64,000 nt of DNA, from assembly GCA_050294405.1 (NCBI GenBank), contig JBNKOC010000012.1, positions 352,001 to 416,000 of the forward strand, in the 5' to 3' direction. Under the pieces are notes generated by a model that saw only the letters and a program-made list of their open reading frames with translations, had not been told where the DNA came from and ran no database searches. Below, in pieces: positions 1 through 9,700 of the stretch. This DNA is from Fibrobacteria bacterium (GTDB lineage: Bacteria > Fibrobacterota > Fibrobacteria > UBA11236 > JADFYW01). Position numbers and translations under genes: made by a program. Within the stretch, counting starts at the first letter, position 1; each line of letters opens with the position of its first letter.

Positions 1-13
1 CCAAGGAGTCAAA

Positions 14-310
14 ATGAAAATGAATATTACAGGCAAAAACTTGAACCTTTCCGATACATTTAAGGAATTGCTTGATGAAAAATTCGGCATTTTATCCCGC
101 TACCTCGACTCCATCCAGTTTATTGATGTTATGGTTGAAAAAGAAGCTAACAACGACCACACTATTCAGCTTAAGGTGGGTATTCCTAAAAGGGAGCCTG
201 TGGTTTTAAAAGAAACAGACAGAAGCCTGCACGCGGCTGTGGACATTATTAGAGACAAGGCTGAAAATGTTTTGACTAATATTAAGGAGAAGTTGAAGAG
301 TAAACATTAA
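14..310 (+). CDS. hpf: Ribosome hibernation promoting factor (RaiA/HPF family, short form)
   Basis: 98 aa; N-terminal MNITGKNLNLS and C-terminal LHAAVD helix are typical of the S30AE/HPF fold; AAGGAG RBS at 3-8. Confidence 0.85.
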   Translation: MKMNITGKNLNLSDTFKELLDEKFGILSRYLDSIQFIDVMVEKEANNDHTIQLKVGIPKREPVVLKETDRSLHAAVDIIRDKAENVLTNIKEKLKSKH

Positions 311-332
311 TTAAAAAATCGGAGAACTCTAA

Positions 333-448
333 AAATTGATGATCGCGACTTCAGACGAGGCGCTCGAAGAGGACAAACCGGAATTTACTTGCTGTAAATG
401 AGGATTTGAGGATGAGAGCAACGATGTATCAGGTCGCGAGGGCAATTT
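333..448. repeat. Short palindromic interspersed element (RPE/MITE-like)
   Basis: Terminal inverted repeats AAATTG..TCGCGAC (333-349) and GTCGCGA..CAATTT (433-448); central hairpin ATTTAC-TTGCT-GTAAAT (383-399) followed by GAGGATTTGAG. Confidence 0.55.
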
Positions 449-468
449 AATAATCCGGGGAGGTTTGT

Positions 469-1182
469 GTGAAAAGCCTTAAAAATATATTGCATTCAAA
501 AATCCATGCCTTGGATGGTTTTATGGGCCAGGTGTCCGATGTATACCTGGATACCCATTTGTGGGCGGTGCGTTATTTAGTGGATAAAACCGGAGGTTTT
601 CTGGCCCAGCGCCAAATTCTTTTATCTCCTTCCTCTGTTAAAAAGGTGGAGTCTAAAAAGAAGCTGGTGCATTTAAGTCTGACTTTGGCACAAATAGATT
701 CAAGCCCAGCTGTGGATATGGATTTACCTGTATCCCTTCAATTGGAAAAGAAATTGGCCCGTCATTTTGACTGGCCAAATTATTGGGCTCCCATTGGGGT
801 GCGCCCTCCGGAGACCTCTTTGGATGTATCTGAAGAAATTGTGGAAAAAAGTTTTGAGGATTCTTTTGAAGATAAAGAAAAAGGCTATAACCCCAATTTG
901 TATAATTTAAACTCCATTTTGGGTTTGAAATACATGGAAAAAGAAGAGACTCTCGGGTTGGTTACTGATGTATACTACGATGGCATCCATTGGGATGTGA
1001 AAGGCCTTCAACTTACATTGCACCAGAACTCTCTTTATGACAAAACCATTCTCATAAAAAACTCGGAAATCAAGGAATTTATTTTGCCAGATGAAAAAAT
1101 ATTGCTTTCCATTGACCACAATGAATTGGCTGAAAAAGACGATTTAAGGGGAATGGACCTGACAGCAATGTTAAATTCCTGA
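469..1182 (+). CDS. PRC-barrel domain protein
   Basis: IHALDGFMGQVSDVYLD..WAVRYLV..TG motif plus a second degenerate barrel (LGLVTDVYYD..W); GTG start with GGGAGG RBS. Confidence 0.8.
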   Translation: MKSLKNILHSKIHALDGFMGQVSDVYLDTHLWAVRYLVDKTGGFLAQRQILLSPSSVKKVESKKKLVHLSLTLAQIDSSPAVDMDLPVSLQLEKKLARHFDWPNYWAPIGVRPPETSLDVSEEIVEKSFEDSFEDKEKGYNPNLYNLNSILGLKYMEKEETLGLVTDVYYDGIHWDVKGLQLTLHQNSLYDKTILIKNSEIKEFILPDEKILLSIDHNELAEKDDLRGMDLTAMLNS

Positions 1183-1274
1183 TTCCTCGAAAAGGAAGAT
1201 AAAGCCCCTTGCCATATTGTCGATATGCGGTACAAAGGCGGCTGAAAAAGCAGCTAAAATCTAAAAAATGTAAT

Positions 1275-1289
1275 TGGCACAGTCCTTGA
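1275..1289 (+). promoter_or_regulatory. sigma54 (-24/-12)-like promoter
   Basis: TGGCAC-AGTCC-TTGA (GA instead of GC at -12); TGCCATATTGTCG element at 1210-1222. Confidence 0.55.
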
Positions 1290-1325
1290 GATACATCTAA
1301 TTGAATCCTTAATCAGGAGGCAATT

Positions 1326-1439
1326 ATGGATCCCAAAGGAATTGAACGGCTGGAAATGATTGAAGCCGCTGTCGGTTTGGCCTTTTTTTTCGCCATTGGC
1401 ATTGTGTTTTTTAGCATTGTCATGGGCGCATTAAGCTAA
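1326..1439 (+). CDS. Small single-pass membrane protein (37 aa), not in the ORF track
   Basis: AGGAGG RBS at 1315-1320; MDPKGIERLEMIEAAVGLAFFFAIGIVFFSIVMGALS; sigma54-like promoter upstream and hairpin downstream. Confidence 0.65.
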   Translation: MDPKGIERLEMIEAAVGLAFFFAIGIVFFSIVMGALS

Positions 1440-1458
1440 TTCGCGTTTTTGAAAAAAA

Positions 1459-1478
1459 TGCGCCCCCGGAGGAGCGCA
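1459..1478. terminator. GC hairpin between convergent genes (probable terminator)
   Basis: TGCGC-CCCCGGAGGA-GCGCA, flanked by an A-run on the left (U-tract for the minus-strand gene). Confidence 0.45.
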
Positions 1479-1506
1479 ATATTTATTGTTTCTGGAGGAA
1501 CAGTAT

Positions 1507-1860
1507 TTATTCTTTCATGCCCTTGAAGGACTCTCCCATGCTTTCCAAGTAAGCGGCAAGGGCTTTGATTTTTTCCTCGTTGAGGCTTTTGATTTTTAGC
1601 ACCATGTCTTTAGTAAATTCAGAAGTTCTTTTTTCAGCTTTGATGTCTAAAATTTGTGCTTCGGAATAAACAGCAGCTAGGCCTGCTATTCGGGGGCCTT
1701 CCTGTTTGCCTAATTTTCCATCTTTGGCCCGCCCCATTCCGTCGTCGTTGTGACAGGTGGCGCAGCCGTTCCTTTTATAAAGTTTTTGGCCTGTTTTTAC
1801 CAGGTCAGCAGCTTGTAAGCTTCCTGCTAAAACTAAAGCGATGATGGCTAATTTTTTCAT
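1507..1860 (-). CDS. Monoheme class I cytochrome c (c553/c4-like)
   Basis: Signal peptide, CATCH heme motif, GPRIAG motif, distal Met (KDMV). Confidence 0.85.
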   Translation of the reverse strand: MKKLAIIALVLAGSLQAADLVKTGQKLYKRNGCATCHNDDGMGRAKDGKLGKQEGPRIAGLAAVYSEAQILDIKAEKRTSEFTKDMVLKIKSLNEEKIKALAAYLESMGESFKGMKE

Positions 1861-2104
1861 AATCTTCCCTTTTGATTCTATTGGTTAAAGGTTAAAAATT
1901 GTGCTATACCCTAATAATATTCGGATTTTTGATTTTCACTGGCTTTTTTGCCTGACAAATTGACAAGGCCCTTTTGCCAGGGATTTATCCGAATACTGAA
2001 AAATTGACACAAGTAAAGCAGCTCACAATTTTATTTCATAAAAATTATCAGGAAGATTTTTAATTGAGAATTTTGGGCTATTGTTTTTTTAATTTTATCT
2101 CGCC

Positions 2105-2800
2105 ATGAATTCTAATCCCCAAAATATTTTAATCGTGGAAGACGAAGAGGATATTCAGTTTATCCTAAAGTTTAATCTTGAAAAAATAGGACACCACATA
2201 GTTACAGCCAATACAGGGGAAAAAGGTTTAAAACTTGCCAGAGAAAATGCTCCCGACCTCATTTTGCTGGATTTGATGCTCCCTAAACTATCGGGACTTG
2301 AAATTTGCAGAATTCTAAAAGCCCATAAAAGCACCGAACATATTCCCATTGTCATGGTCACGGCCAAGGGAGAAGAAAGCGACATTATCAGGGGTTTAGA
2401 ACTGGGTGCTGAAGACTACATCACTAAACCTTTTAAAATTGGAGAAGTGCTGGCCAGGGTTAAAGCTATATTGCGCCGCACGACGCGGTTTAAGGCTCCA
2501 AATCAGCCGCAATTGTTCGAGATGGGAGAGGTTTCCCTGGATGCCCAAAAGCATGAAGCCAAAGTTATGGGCAAGCTGCTGGATTTAACTCCCTCCGAAT
2601 TCAAAGTGTTGCAGTTGATGTTAGCAAAACCTCAAATGGTATACACAAGGAACCAAATATTGGAACACCTATGGGGAGATGAAAAAGAAACAGCGCCAAG
2701 AGCAGTGGATGTGGTTATTGTGGGCCTTAGAAAAAAATTAAACGGGGCTAGTTTAAAAATCGAAACTGTTAGAGGGATTGGATACCGGTTAAATGTTTAA
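2105..2800 (+). CDS. phoB: Phosphate regulon response regulator PhoB (OmpR family)
   Basis: REC domain (LLDLMLP, TAK, KPF) plus winged HTH ending IETVRGIGYR; coupled to phoR; pst operon in the same island. Confidence 0.8.
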   Translation: MNSNPQNILIVEDEEDIQFILKFNLEKIGHHIVTANTGEKGLKLARENAPDLILLDLMLPKLSGLEICRILKAHKSTEHIPIVMVTAKGEESDIIRGLELGAEDYITKPFKIGEVLARVKAILRRTTRFKAPNQPQLFEMGEVSLDAQKHEAKVMGKLLDLTPSEFKVLQLMLAKPQMVYTRNQILEHLWGDEKETAPRAVDVVIVGLRKKLNGASLKIETVRGIGYRLNV

Positions 2801-4568
2801 AGTTCAAAAAAATATTTTTTGGAGCATTTTTCCCACTTTCAGCCTGCTTTTTGCGGTGGTGTTGAGCCTGGTCACTCTCTTTACCCTTATTTACAGCAAA
2901 AATTTTTATCTGGGAGAAAAACGTTCGGATTTACAAAAGATAAATTACCTCATTGCAGGTAATATTGAAAATTTTGATGAAGTCAATTTCCAAGCTTATT
3001 TGGAATCGGCAAACCAGGCCGGTCTTCGAATTACCCTAATCCAATCCGATGGCGTGGTAGTTCTGGATTCCGATGAAAATTCCGAGACTATGGATAACCA
3101 TTCGGACAGGCCGGAAATTATGGAAGCCCGGGATTTTGGAATAGGCTCCGGCATTCGTTACAGCAATACTTTAAAAACCAACATGATGTATTCGGCAGTT
3201 AAGAAAAAAATGGGCGACTCCGTTGGTTTCATCCGAGTGGCTATTCCTCTAATGTCGCTGGAAAAAATATTGTGGAACCAGCAGTTTCCGGTAATAGCTA
3301 TTTCAGGGTTTGGATTAGCCATGGTCTTTTTGCTCTGTTTTATAATCTCCAGGAACATCTCTCAGCCAATTAGCAACTTGAAAAATTATGCAGAGGTCAT
3401 CGCTAAGGGAAACTTTCTCTCAAAAATTCCCAGGACGGGCGCCAGTGAAGTGCAGGATCTTGCCAGCTCCTTTGAATCCATGAGTCTAAGCCTAAAAAAG
3501 CGAATTGAAACCATAGAAAAACAACAGGGACAGTTGGATGCTATTTTTAGTTCTATGAAAGAGGGTGTAATTGCCCTGGACAATTATTTGAATTTGCTGG
3601 CATGTAATCCGGCCGCTTCCAACTTATTTAACATGAATATCAATTCCCATGAGGGAAAGCCTATATACTCATTTGTCAGGAACTCCAATTTAATGAGCTT
3701 TATTGAAAACCTGAAGCGTCCGGGAATGGATGTTCCTGATGAATTAAGCATTTCCCTTTTGGATAAGGGATTGGAAATTCAGGTTCGGGGTGCGCCTCTA
3801 TTAAACAAGAAAAAAGACTTAATGGGAATCATTCTGGTGTTTAATGATATCACACGCATTAAAAAACTGGAAAAAATGCGTGAAGAATTTGTGGCCAATG
3901 TCTCTCACGAGTTAAAAACCCCTATTACTTCTATTAAGGGGGCCGCGGAAACTTTAATAGATGGAGCCATAGAAAACCCCAAAATTTCACAACGCTTTTT
4001 GGATATGATAATATCCAATTCTGAACGTCTTTCTTTAATCATTGAAGATATTTTAAAACTATCCCGGCTGGAAAATGAACTCAATTTTGATGTTTTGGAA
4101 AAAGAAGAAATTCCGGTCGATAAGCTTTTGGATGGGGCTGTAAAATCCTGCCAAAATATGGCTTCGGCCAGTGACATTGAAATTAAAGTGAATCTGGATT
4201 ACAATGCCAAAGTTTTGGGAAATAAAACATTGCTGGAACAGGCCCTGATAAATTTGATTTCCAACGCCATAAAATATTCTAATTCTAAAACCGTTGTCCG
4301 GGTGGAAGGCTCCTTAACAGACAGTAAAGTTCAAATCGATGTTATTGATGAAGGGCCTGGAATTGAAAAAAGCCATATTGCCCGGATTTTTGAACGCTTT
4401 TACAGGGTGGATAAGGCCCGTAGCCGTAAAATGGGTGGTACGGGTCTTGGCCTTTCTATTGTTAAACACATTTGCCAACTCCATCGAGGGGAGGCCAGTG
4501 TCAATAGCGAAGTTGGAAAAGGTTCCCGTTTCCGCATAAGCCTACCTATTTTAAAGCAGAGCTCATAA
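2793..4568 (+). CDS. phoR: Sensor histidine kinase PhoR
   Basis: Periplasmic RITLI..MDNHSDRPE motif, HAMP, PAS, EFVANVSHELKTP H-box, FERFYRVDKARSR and GGTGLGLSIVKH. Confidence 0.9.
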   Translation: MFKVQKNIFWSIFPTFSLLFAVVLSLVTLFTLIYSKNFYLGEKRSDLQKINYLIAGNIENFDEVNFQAYLESANQAGLRITLIQSDGVVVLDSDENSETMDNHSDRPEIMEARDFGIGSGIRYSNTLKTNMMYSAVKKKMGDSVGFIRVAIPLMSLEKILWNQQFPVIAISGFGLAMVFLLCFIISRNISQPISNLKNYAEVIAKGNFLSKIPRTGASEVQDLASSFESMSLSLKKRIETIEKQQGQLDAIFSSMKEGVIALDNYLNLLACNPAASNLFNMNINSHEGKPIYSFVRNSNLMSFIENLKRPGMDVPDELSISLLDKGLEIQVRGAPLLNKKKDLMGIILVFNDITRIKKLEKMREEFVANVSHELKTPITSIKGAAETLIDGAIENPKISQRFLDMIISNSERLSLIIEDILKLSRLENELNFDVLEKEEIPVDKLLDGAVKSCQNMASASDIEIKVNLDYNAKVLGNKTLLEQALINLISNAIKYSNSKTVVRVEGSLTDSKVQIDVIDEGPGIEKSHIARIFERFYRVDKARSRKMGGTGLGLSIVKHICQLHRGEASVNSEVGKGSRFRISLPILKQSS

Positions 4569-4592
4569 AATCAACTTGTTTTCTATCTGGTT

Positions 4593-4610
4593 GAATTCAT
4601 TTTGAAACAT
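4593..4610 (+). promoter_or_regulatory. 11-bp-period direct repeat (GAAAC class) upstream of the acyltransferase gene
   Basis: GAATT at 4593 and GAAAC at 4604. Confidence 0.4.
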
Positions 4611-4650
4611 TAAGTTTTGATATTCCTGGGTAGTTAAACCAGGAGAATAT

Positions 4651-5430
4651 ATGTTAAATGGAGCTTTTGAATCAGAACCCCGCCCGAGCGATTCAAACAA
4701 ATATCTAAATCCCTTTGAAAATAAAGCCTTTCAAAATTATAGGCCGAAAGTTCCTCTGGATTTTATGATTAATAATTTCCATCTGAAGACAGCGGATACT
4801 TTAGAGGAGCTCGGCTCAATTTGCGAACTAAAAAATAAAGCAGAAAATACATCCAGAAAAGAGCTGGAATATTTTGATTTGGAGTCCGAACATATAATTG
4901 TTGTGGATTTGATAAGCAACACGACAGTGGGATACTGTCGTATTTACCACCCTGAAAACTTTGGGGTTTATCCCTGCCAGGTTCAATTCTCTCTTAGCGA
5001 TTATTTTTTTGATATCAATAAGAAATACATCGAAGTTGGACCTATTGTTACCAAACAATCAAAAAACATTAAGTTAATTGAAATTTTAATTTGGGCCGCG
5101 GTTTCTGAATATTTGAAAAATATTACCGTGGACGAAATGGTGTTTAATTTTAATTTCCCGGTTTCTCACAATAATGTTTTAAGCAATATTCATGGGTATT
5201 TGTATCGCCATTATAAATCCAAAGGGCCAAAACATTGCCATCCCCATTACCCTGTTTTTATTAATTGGGAAGATGGCGGATGGAGTAAAAATCCCTTCGT
5301 GGAAAATGCCTTGCCTTATTATTTAAGCCAATTGTTTTCCTTAGGAGCAAAAATATTGGCTGAACCAGGCTGGAATAAATCAAAATCGGCAATTTGTTAT
5401 TTGGTAAGTGTGCCTTTAAATGAAAAATAG
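4651..5430 (+). CDS. GNAT-fold N-acyltransferase, OlsB/hemolysin-like (possible aminolipid synthesis)
   Basis: FD..EHIIV..VGYCR..F.L..IEVG..LIWAAV and C-terminal LP..L..LGAKI..EP pattern resemble the Acetyltransf_5/OlsB family, though degenerate. Confidence 0.55.
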   Translation: MLNGAFESEPRPSDSNKYLNPFENKAFQNYRPKVPLDFMINNFHLKTADTLEELGSICELKNKAENTSRKELEYFDLESEHIIVVDLISNTTVGYCRIYHPENFGVYPCQVQFSLSDYFFDINKKYIEVGPIVTKQSKNIKLIEILIWAAVSEYLKNITVDEMVFNFNFPVSHNNVLSNIHGYLYRHYKSKGPKHCHPHYPVFINWEDGGWSKNPFVENALPYYLSQLFSLGAKILAEPGWNKSKSAICYLVSVPLNEK

Positions 5431-5451
5431 CCTTCGCCTTGGGGCGGTTTC

Positions 5452-5480
5452 GAAACCCTTTTGAAATATAAATGAAACTT
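5452..5480 (+). promoter_or_regulatory. Three 11-bp-period direct repeats (GAAAC class) upstream of the TPR-TBDR genes
   Basis: GAAAC 5452, GAAAT 5463, GAAAC 5474. Confidence 0.55.
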
Positions 5481-5502
5481 TGGACAGGCATTTTTGTTTC
5501 AA

Positions 5503-6519
5503 ATGTTTCAATTTCTTAACAAAAAATATTGCTTAGCCTTACTTTTGTTTAGTTCTCTGGTTTGGGCTGATTATATAGACAAAGGCAATGCCCTTTTTAA
5601 TGAGGGAAAGTTAGGGCAATCTTTGCAAATGTATAGTATGGCTCTGGAGGCTGGAGAAAATCCAACTCTGGCTCGCTATTATAAATCCAATGTCCTTTAT
5701 AAAATGGGGCAAACTGGAAGAGCGGTAATGGAATACCAAAAAATCATTCGGGAGCATCCCGAATTTGTAAAGCCCTATATAAATCTGGCCGGAATTTACT
5801 TTGAAATGGATGTGGTTGGAGAAGCCCTTAGCTTATACGGAAAAGCCCTCAAATTGGAACCGGAAAACCTTTTAGTTATTAAAATGGTGGCGGAAAGTTA
5901 TTTGAAAATTGAAAACTACCCTGAGGCCATCCGTTATTTCGAGTTGGGAATGGATAAAGAGCCTCAAAATGAAGAGTGGTTGTATGGCTTGGTGGAGTCT
6001 TATCAGAAGTTAAATGATATGGTTTCCATTGAAATGTTGTTAATAGATAACATTAATAAATTTGAAAACAATTCCTTGTGGTTTTTATTAGGGGATATAT
6101 TAAATGCCAATGGAAAAAAGAAAGAAGCGGCCCTAACCTACAAAAAAGCTTTGCAAAGGGACCCAGGACAGGAGTTGTATTATTATAAATTGTCCAACCT
6201 TCAGTCTGAATTAAACCAGCCTTTTCTTGCGATAAATACTCTTTCCAAAGGTTTAGAGGCCAAGGTTTTGGGAAATGATGTATATATAGAATTAGCTAAC
6301 ATGTATTACAACTTAGGCGATACGGATAAATCTTTTCTTTATTTCCTGGATGCTTATGATTCAAATGTTAAGGGTGGGTTTCAGGGGGTTTTGTTTTTAC
6401 TGGAAGATGCAGCAGCTAATAATGACAAACGGTTTATGGAATTTTGTTTGGGCAAATTAAATAAGGAATTGCAGAAAAAACCTGAAATTGCCGAAATATT
6501 ATCCAGGATGGAAGGCTAA
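5503..6519 (+). CDS. Periplasmic tetratricopeptide-repeat protein
   Basis: Signal peptide (VWA|D) and multiple TPR motifs (e.g. PYINLAGIYFEMD..EALSLYGKALKLEP). Confidence 0.85.
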   Translation: MFQFLNKKYCLALLLFSSLVWADYIDKGNALFNEGKLGQSLQMYSMALEAGENPTLARYYKSNVLYKMGQTGRAVMEYQKIIREHPEFVKPYINLAGIYFEMDVVGEALSLYGKALKLEPENLLVIKMVAESYLKIENYPEAIRYFELGMDKEPQNEEWLYGLVESYQKLNDMVSIEMLLIDNINKFENNSLWFLLGDILNANGKKKEAALTYKKALQRDPGQELYYYKLSNLQSELNQPFLAINTLSKGLEAKVLGNDVYIELANMYYNLGDTDKSFLYFLDAYDSNVKGGFQGVLFLLEDAAANNDKRFMEFCLGKLNKELQKKPEIAEILSRMEG

Positions 6520-6538
6520 AATAAGATTTGTGCGCAAT

Positions 6539-9500
6539 ATGCAGTTTATACTTTCGATCTTGCTTTTATTAAGTGCAGCTTCTTTTGCCCAAGATGGCGA
6601 AGTGATTCCGGTATTATCGGATTCCGCCCTGTATAATTTTAATGAGGAAGCGATATTTGATTCCGCCGCAGCTAACACTTCAGATAGTTTGGAATTTAAA
6701 CCCCCTGTAGAAATTGTCAAACAGGAACGAAGAGGCCTGGTGCTTTCTGCTTTGACCAGTACTCCCATTGAAGGGGCCGTAATTAAAGTATTTAAAGAAG
6801 ATACATTAGAACTCATAACAGATGTTAGTGGGTTGTTTCTTTTTCCCATGGAAAATTACAAGGGGTACTCTCTTTCCATTGCGAAAGATGGGTACGAAAC
6901 CAAAAATAGCCGATACCCCGAATACGATGGGCAAACTATTATTGAATATAAATTAGATAAACCCATTAAAACACTTTCGAAAATGCAGGTGAAAAAAAGC
7001 ATTCGAGGCGGTTCGCTTATTTCTCTTTTGGAAAAAAGGCAAGCTGCAACGGGAATGTTTGATGCCATGGGCTCCGAGCAAATTGGAAAATCCACGGACT
7101 CCGATGCAGGAGCTGTTGCCAAAAGGATTTCCGGGACTTCTTTGATTGGCGGTAAATACGTTTTTGTGAGAGGTTTGGGAGAACGGTATACAAACATGTA
7201 TTTGAACGGTTTGCCGGTTCCCTCGCCGGAAAAAGACAAGCGGATTGTGCCTCAAGATTTATTTCCGGCAAGCGCCTTAGAGACGTTTACAATTTATAAA
7301 ACTTTCCAACCAGAGTTGCCTCCGGATTTTGCCGGGGGTTCCATAGATTTAAACACAAAAGGTATCCCTGAAAAAAATGCTTTTAAAATTCAATTGGGCC
7401 TGGGAGGGACCGACTATTATGGAGATGGATCTTTTTTAGATGTGGGAGATGACCGGTTCACTTACGATGGAGGAAGCAAACTAACCAATTATTTTGGCTA
7501 TGATGATGGAACCAGGGCTGTTCCCAATGGAGTGCCTACATCTATACCTAAAAGTGTTTTTTCAAATAAGGAACGGGCAGATTTCGCCTATCAATTTAAT
7601 AACAAATTAGCCCTTGATACTGGGCGAATATTGCCTAACCAATCTTTTGCCCTTTCTTATGCTAAAGTGTCTAAAGGGGACGAAAATAAAAAAGGAATGT
7701 TATTGGATATATCCTATTCCAACAAGTACTCCAATGACGATTTTAAGCGTATAGTTTACAAGCCCAGTTACAGTCTGGCCGAAGAAGTTTATTACGTGAA
7801 AAATGCAGCAGAGCTTCAAATTGGAGAGGGCCTTTTTGAAACTAAAATCAGCGCGCTGGCCAATTTTGGTTATGAATCCAAAGATAATCAACTATGGTTC
7901 AAAAACTTATACGCCCACTTAACGGAAGATAAGGCATTTTACAATCAAGCCTGGCAGACCCGGGGTGGGCCCGGAGCGGGCATGGACAGCGATTGGGAAG
8001 AACGTTTTGAATTGATGTATAGTGAACGTCATTTTTTATCCAATCAGTTTGGCGGCGGGCATTATATCGGAAAAGGGATTTTAGATTCCCTTTCCTGGGC
8101 GATGGGGTTTGCCTGGACCAAGGAAAATATTCCCGATAAAAAACGTTATTATTATACCCGCAATGTAAGATATGTTAGAACCCAGGTGGATACGGTGGTA
8201 GATGGCATTAGCTATGAAGCCGGGGAAGAAATAAGAATAATAGATCCCCGTTTAAAATACGAGCTAAAATCCCCTTATGGAACCAGGGCTTATGAAGTTA
8301 CCTGGGAGTATGGGTTGGCAGGCAGAATGGATGGCTTTTTGGTAATTCCGCCTAGCATTTCCCAAAAGGATAGCTTTTTTGTGGATAACTCTTTTTTCCA
8401 CCACTTAGCTTTGCCGAAAGCTCAATTTGGTTACATCTGGTCTTTTAAACAAAGGACTTATGATGTATTCAGGTATAACTGGGACGGAATGCAATCCAAT
8501 GAGTATATACCTATGATTTCCGAAACAGGAGATTACAGTTTGGTGGAACAGATACACGATCCGGAAATTGTATACAGACATTTGCAAAGCCGAACAAATG
8601 GTTTTGAAACCACGCCTAATGAAAATGATTCCTACAATGCATGGGACTTAACCAATGCTATATATCTGAAATCGGGATTGGATTTTAGCTTAGGGCGATT
8701 TCCAACGGGCCTTCATGCGGGGGTAAAGGCGGAATGGTTCCTATTAGATTTTGTTGCTCCATTTACAGGAGAAGCTTCTATTAACAACCCTGAGTTGCGT
8801 ATGGATGAAGCCAAGCGGATTAACAGCAATGAGTTTCAACTATACCCTTCTGTATATTGGTATAACCGCTGGACTAAAAACACGAAAGGTAGTTTTCAAT
8901 ACGCCCGTACCGTTATCCGCCCGGAAATTCGGGAACGTTCACCCACGGAATTTTATGACACCGAAAAAGAGCAAACCGTTGTGGGTAACCCTGATTTAGT
9001 AAACACAGTGGTGCATAATTTTGACTACCGGTGGGATTGGTATTTAAAAGGTGGTCAAATATTATCTGCCAGCCTTTTTTATAAAAACTTTAAGGATCCT
9101 GTGGAAGGCTACGTGGACCCAAATAGTTCGCCTCCTTACAAAAGATTTCAAAACTCAAAAAAGGCTTTTGTTAAAGGCATAGAGTTTGACTGGCTTTTAA
9201 AGCCGGGGTTTATATTTGAAAATTTTAAAAATTTAAAAAAGCCTATGGAAGATTTTGAATTGTCTGGCAATGTGGCCTTAATGACATCTGAAGTTAAAAT
9301 TGATTCAAACTCAGGTTTCGTTGGTGTATTACATACTACAAGGCCAATGGTAGGGCAATCTGATTTTTTAATAAATGCAAAATTGGTTCATCAACCGGAT
9401 CTTGGAAAATGGTCCATACAACATGGCATAGCCTATAATGTATTTGGACCCCGAATTGAAAAGGTTGGAACCTACTATGTGGATGATCATTATGAAAACT

Positions 9501-9700
9501 CGTTCCACAGCCTGGATTATTTTAACAAAATAACTATTGGGCCCTTGGGGATTTCCCTTAAAATAAAAAATTTACTGAATTCCCGAAAACTAAAGTATTT
9601 AGATGGCTTGGACGAGGATGAAAAAGAAACCATTCGCAAAACAATTGAAGAAAAAGCGGACGGCACTTCGTATTCATTGAGTGTGGGTTATTCTTTCTAG
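6539..9700 (+). CDS. TonB-dependent outer-membrane receptor with N-terminal carboxypeptidase-regulatory-like domain
   Basis: Plug motif DAGAVAKRISG..FVRGLGERY..LNG.PVPSPE..FAGG; barrel motifs RPEIRERSP, GNPDL, NLLN; C-terminal YSLSVGYSF. Confidence 0.92.
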   Translation: MQFILSILLLLSAASFAQDGEVIPVLSDSALYNFNEEAIFDSAAANTSDSLEFKPPVEIVKQERRGLVLSALTSTPIEGAVIKVFKEDTLELITDVSGLFLFPMENYKGYSLSIAKDGYETKNSRYPEYDGQTIIEYKLDKPIKTLSKMQVKKSIRGGSLISLLEKRQAATGMFDAMGSEQIGKSTDSDAGAVAKRISGTSLIGGKYVFVRGLGERYTNMYLNGLPVPSPEKDKRIVPQDLFPASALETFTIYKTFQPELPPDFAGGSIDLNTKGIPEKNAFKIQLGLGGTDYYGDGSFLDVGDDRFTYDGGSKLTNYFGYDDGTRAVPNGVPTSIPKSVFSNKERADFAYQFNNKLALDTGRILPNQSFALSYAKVSKGDENKKGMLLDISYSNKYSNDDFKRIVYKPSYSLAEEVYYVKNAAELQIGEGLFETKISALANFGYESKDNQLWFKNLYAHLTEDKAFYNQAWQTRGGPGAGMDSDWEERFELMYSERHFLSNQFGGGHYIGKGILDSLSWAMGFAWTKENIPDKKRYYYTRNVRYVRTQVDTVVDGISYEAGEEIRIIDPRLKYELKSPYGTRAYEVTWEYGLAGRMDGFLVIPPSISQKDSFFVDNSFFHHLALPKAQFGYIWSFKQRTYDVFRYNWDGMQSNEYIPMISETGDYSLVEQIHDPEIVYRHLQSRTNGFETTPNENDSYNAWDLTNAIYLKSGLDFSLGRFPTGLHAGVKAEWFLLDFVAPFTGEASINNPELRMDEAKRINSNEFQLYPSVYWYNRWTKNTKGSFQYARTVIRPEIRERSPTEFYDTEKEQTVVGNPDLVNTVVHNFDYRWDWYLKGGQILSASLFYKNFKDPVEGYVDPNSSPPYKRFQNSKKAFVKGIEFDWLLKPGFIFENFKNLKKPMEDFELSGNVALMTSEVKIDSNSGFVGVLHTTRPMVGQSDFLINAKLVHQPDLGKWSIQHGIAYNVFGPRIEKVGTYYVDDHYENSFHSLDYFNKITIGPLGISLKIKNLLNSRKLKYLDGLDEDEKETIRKTIEEKADGTSYSLSVGYSF

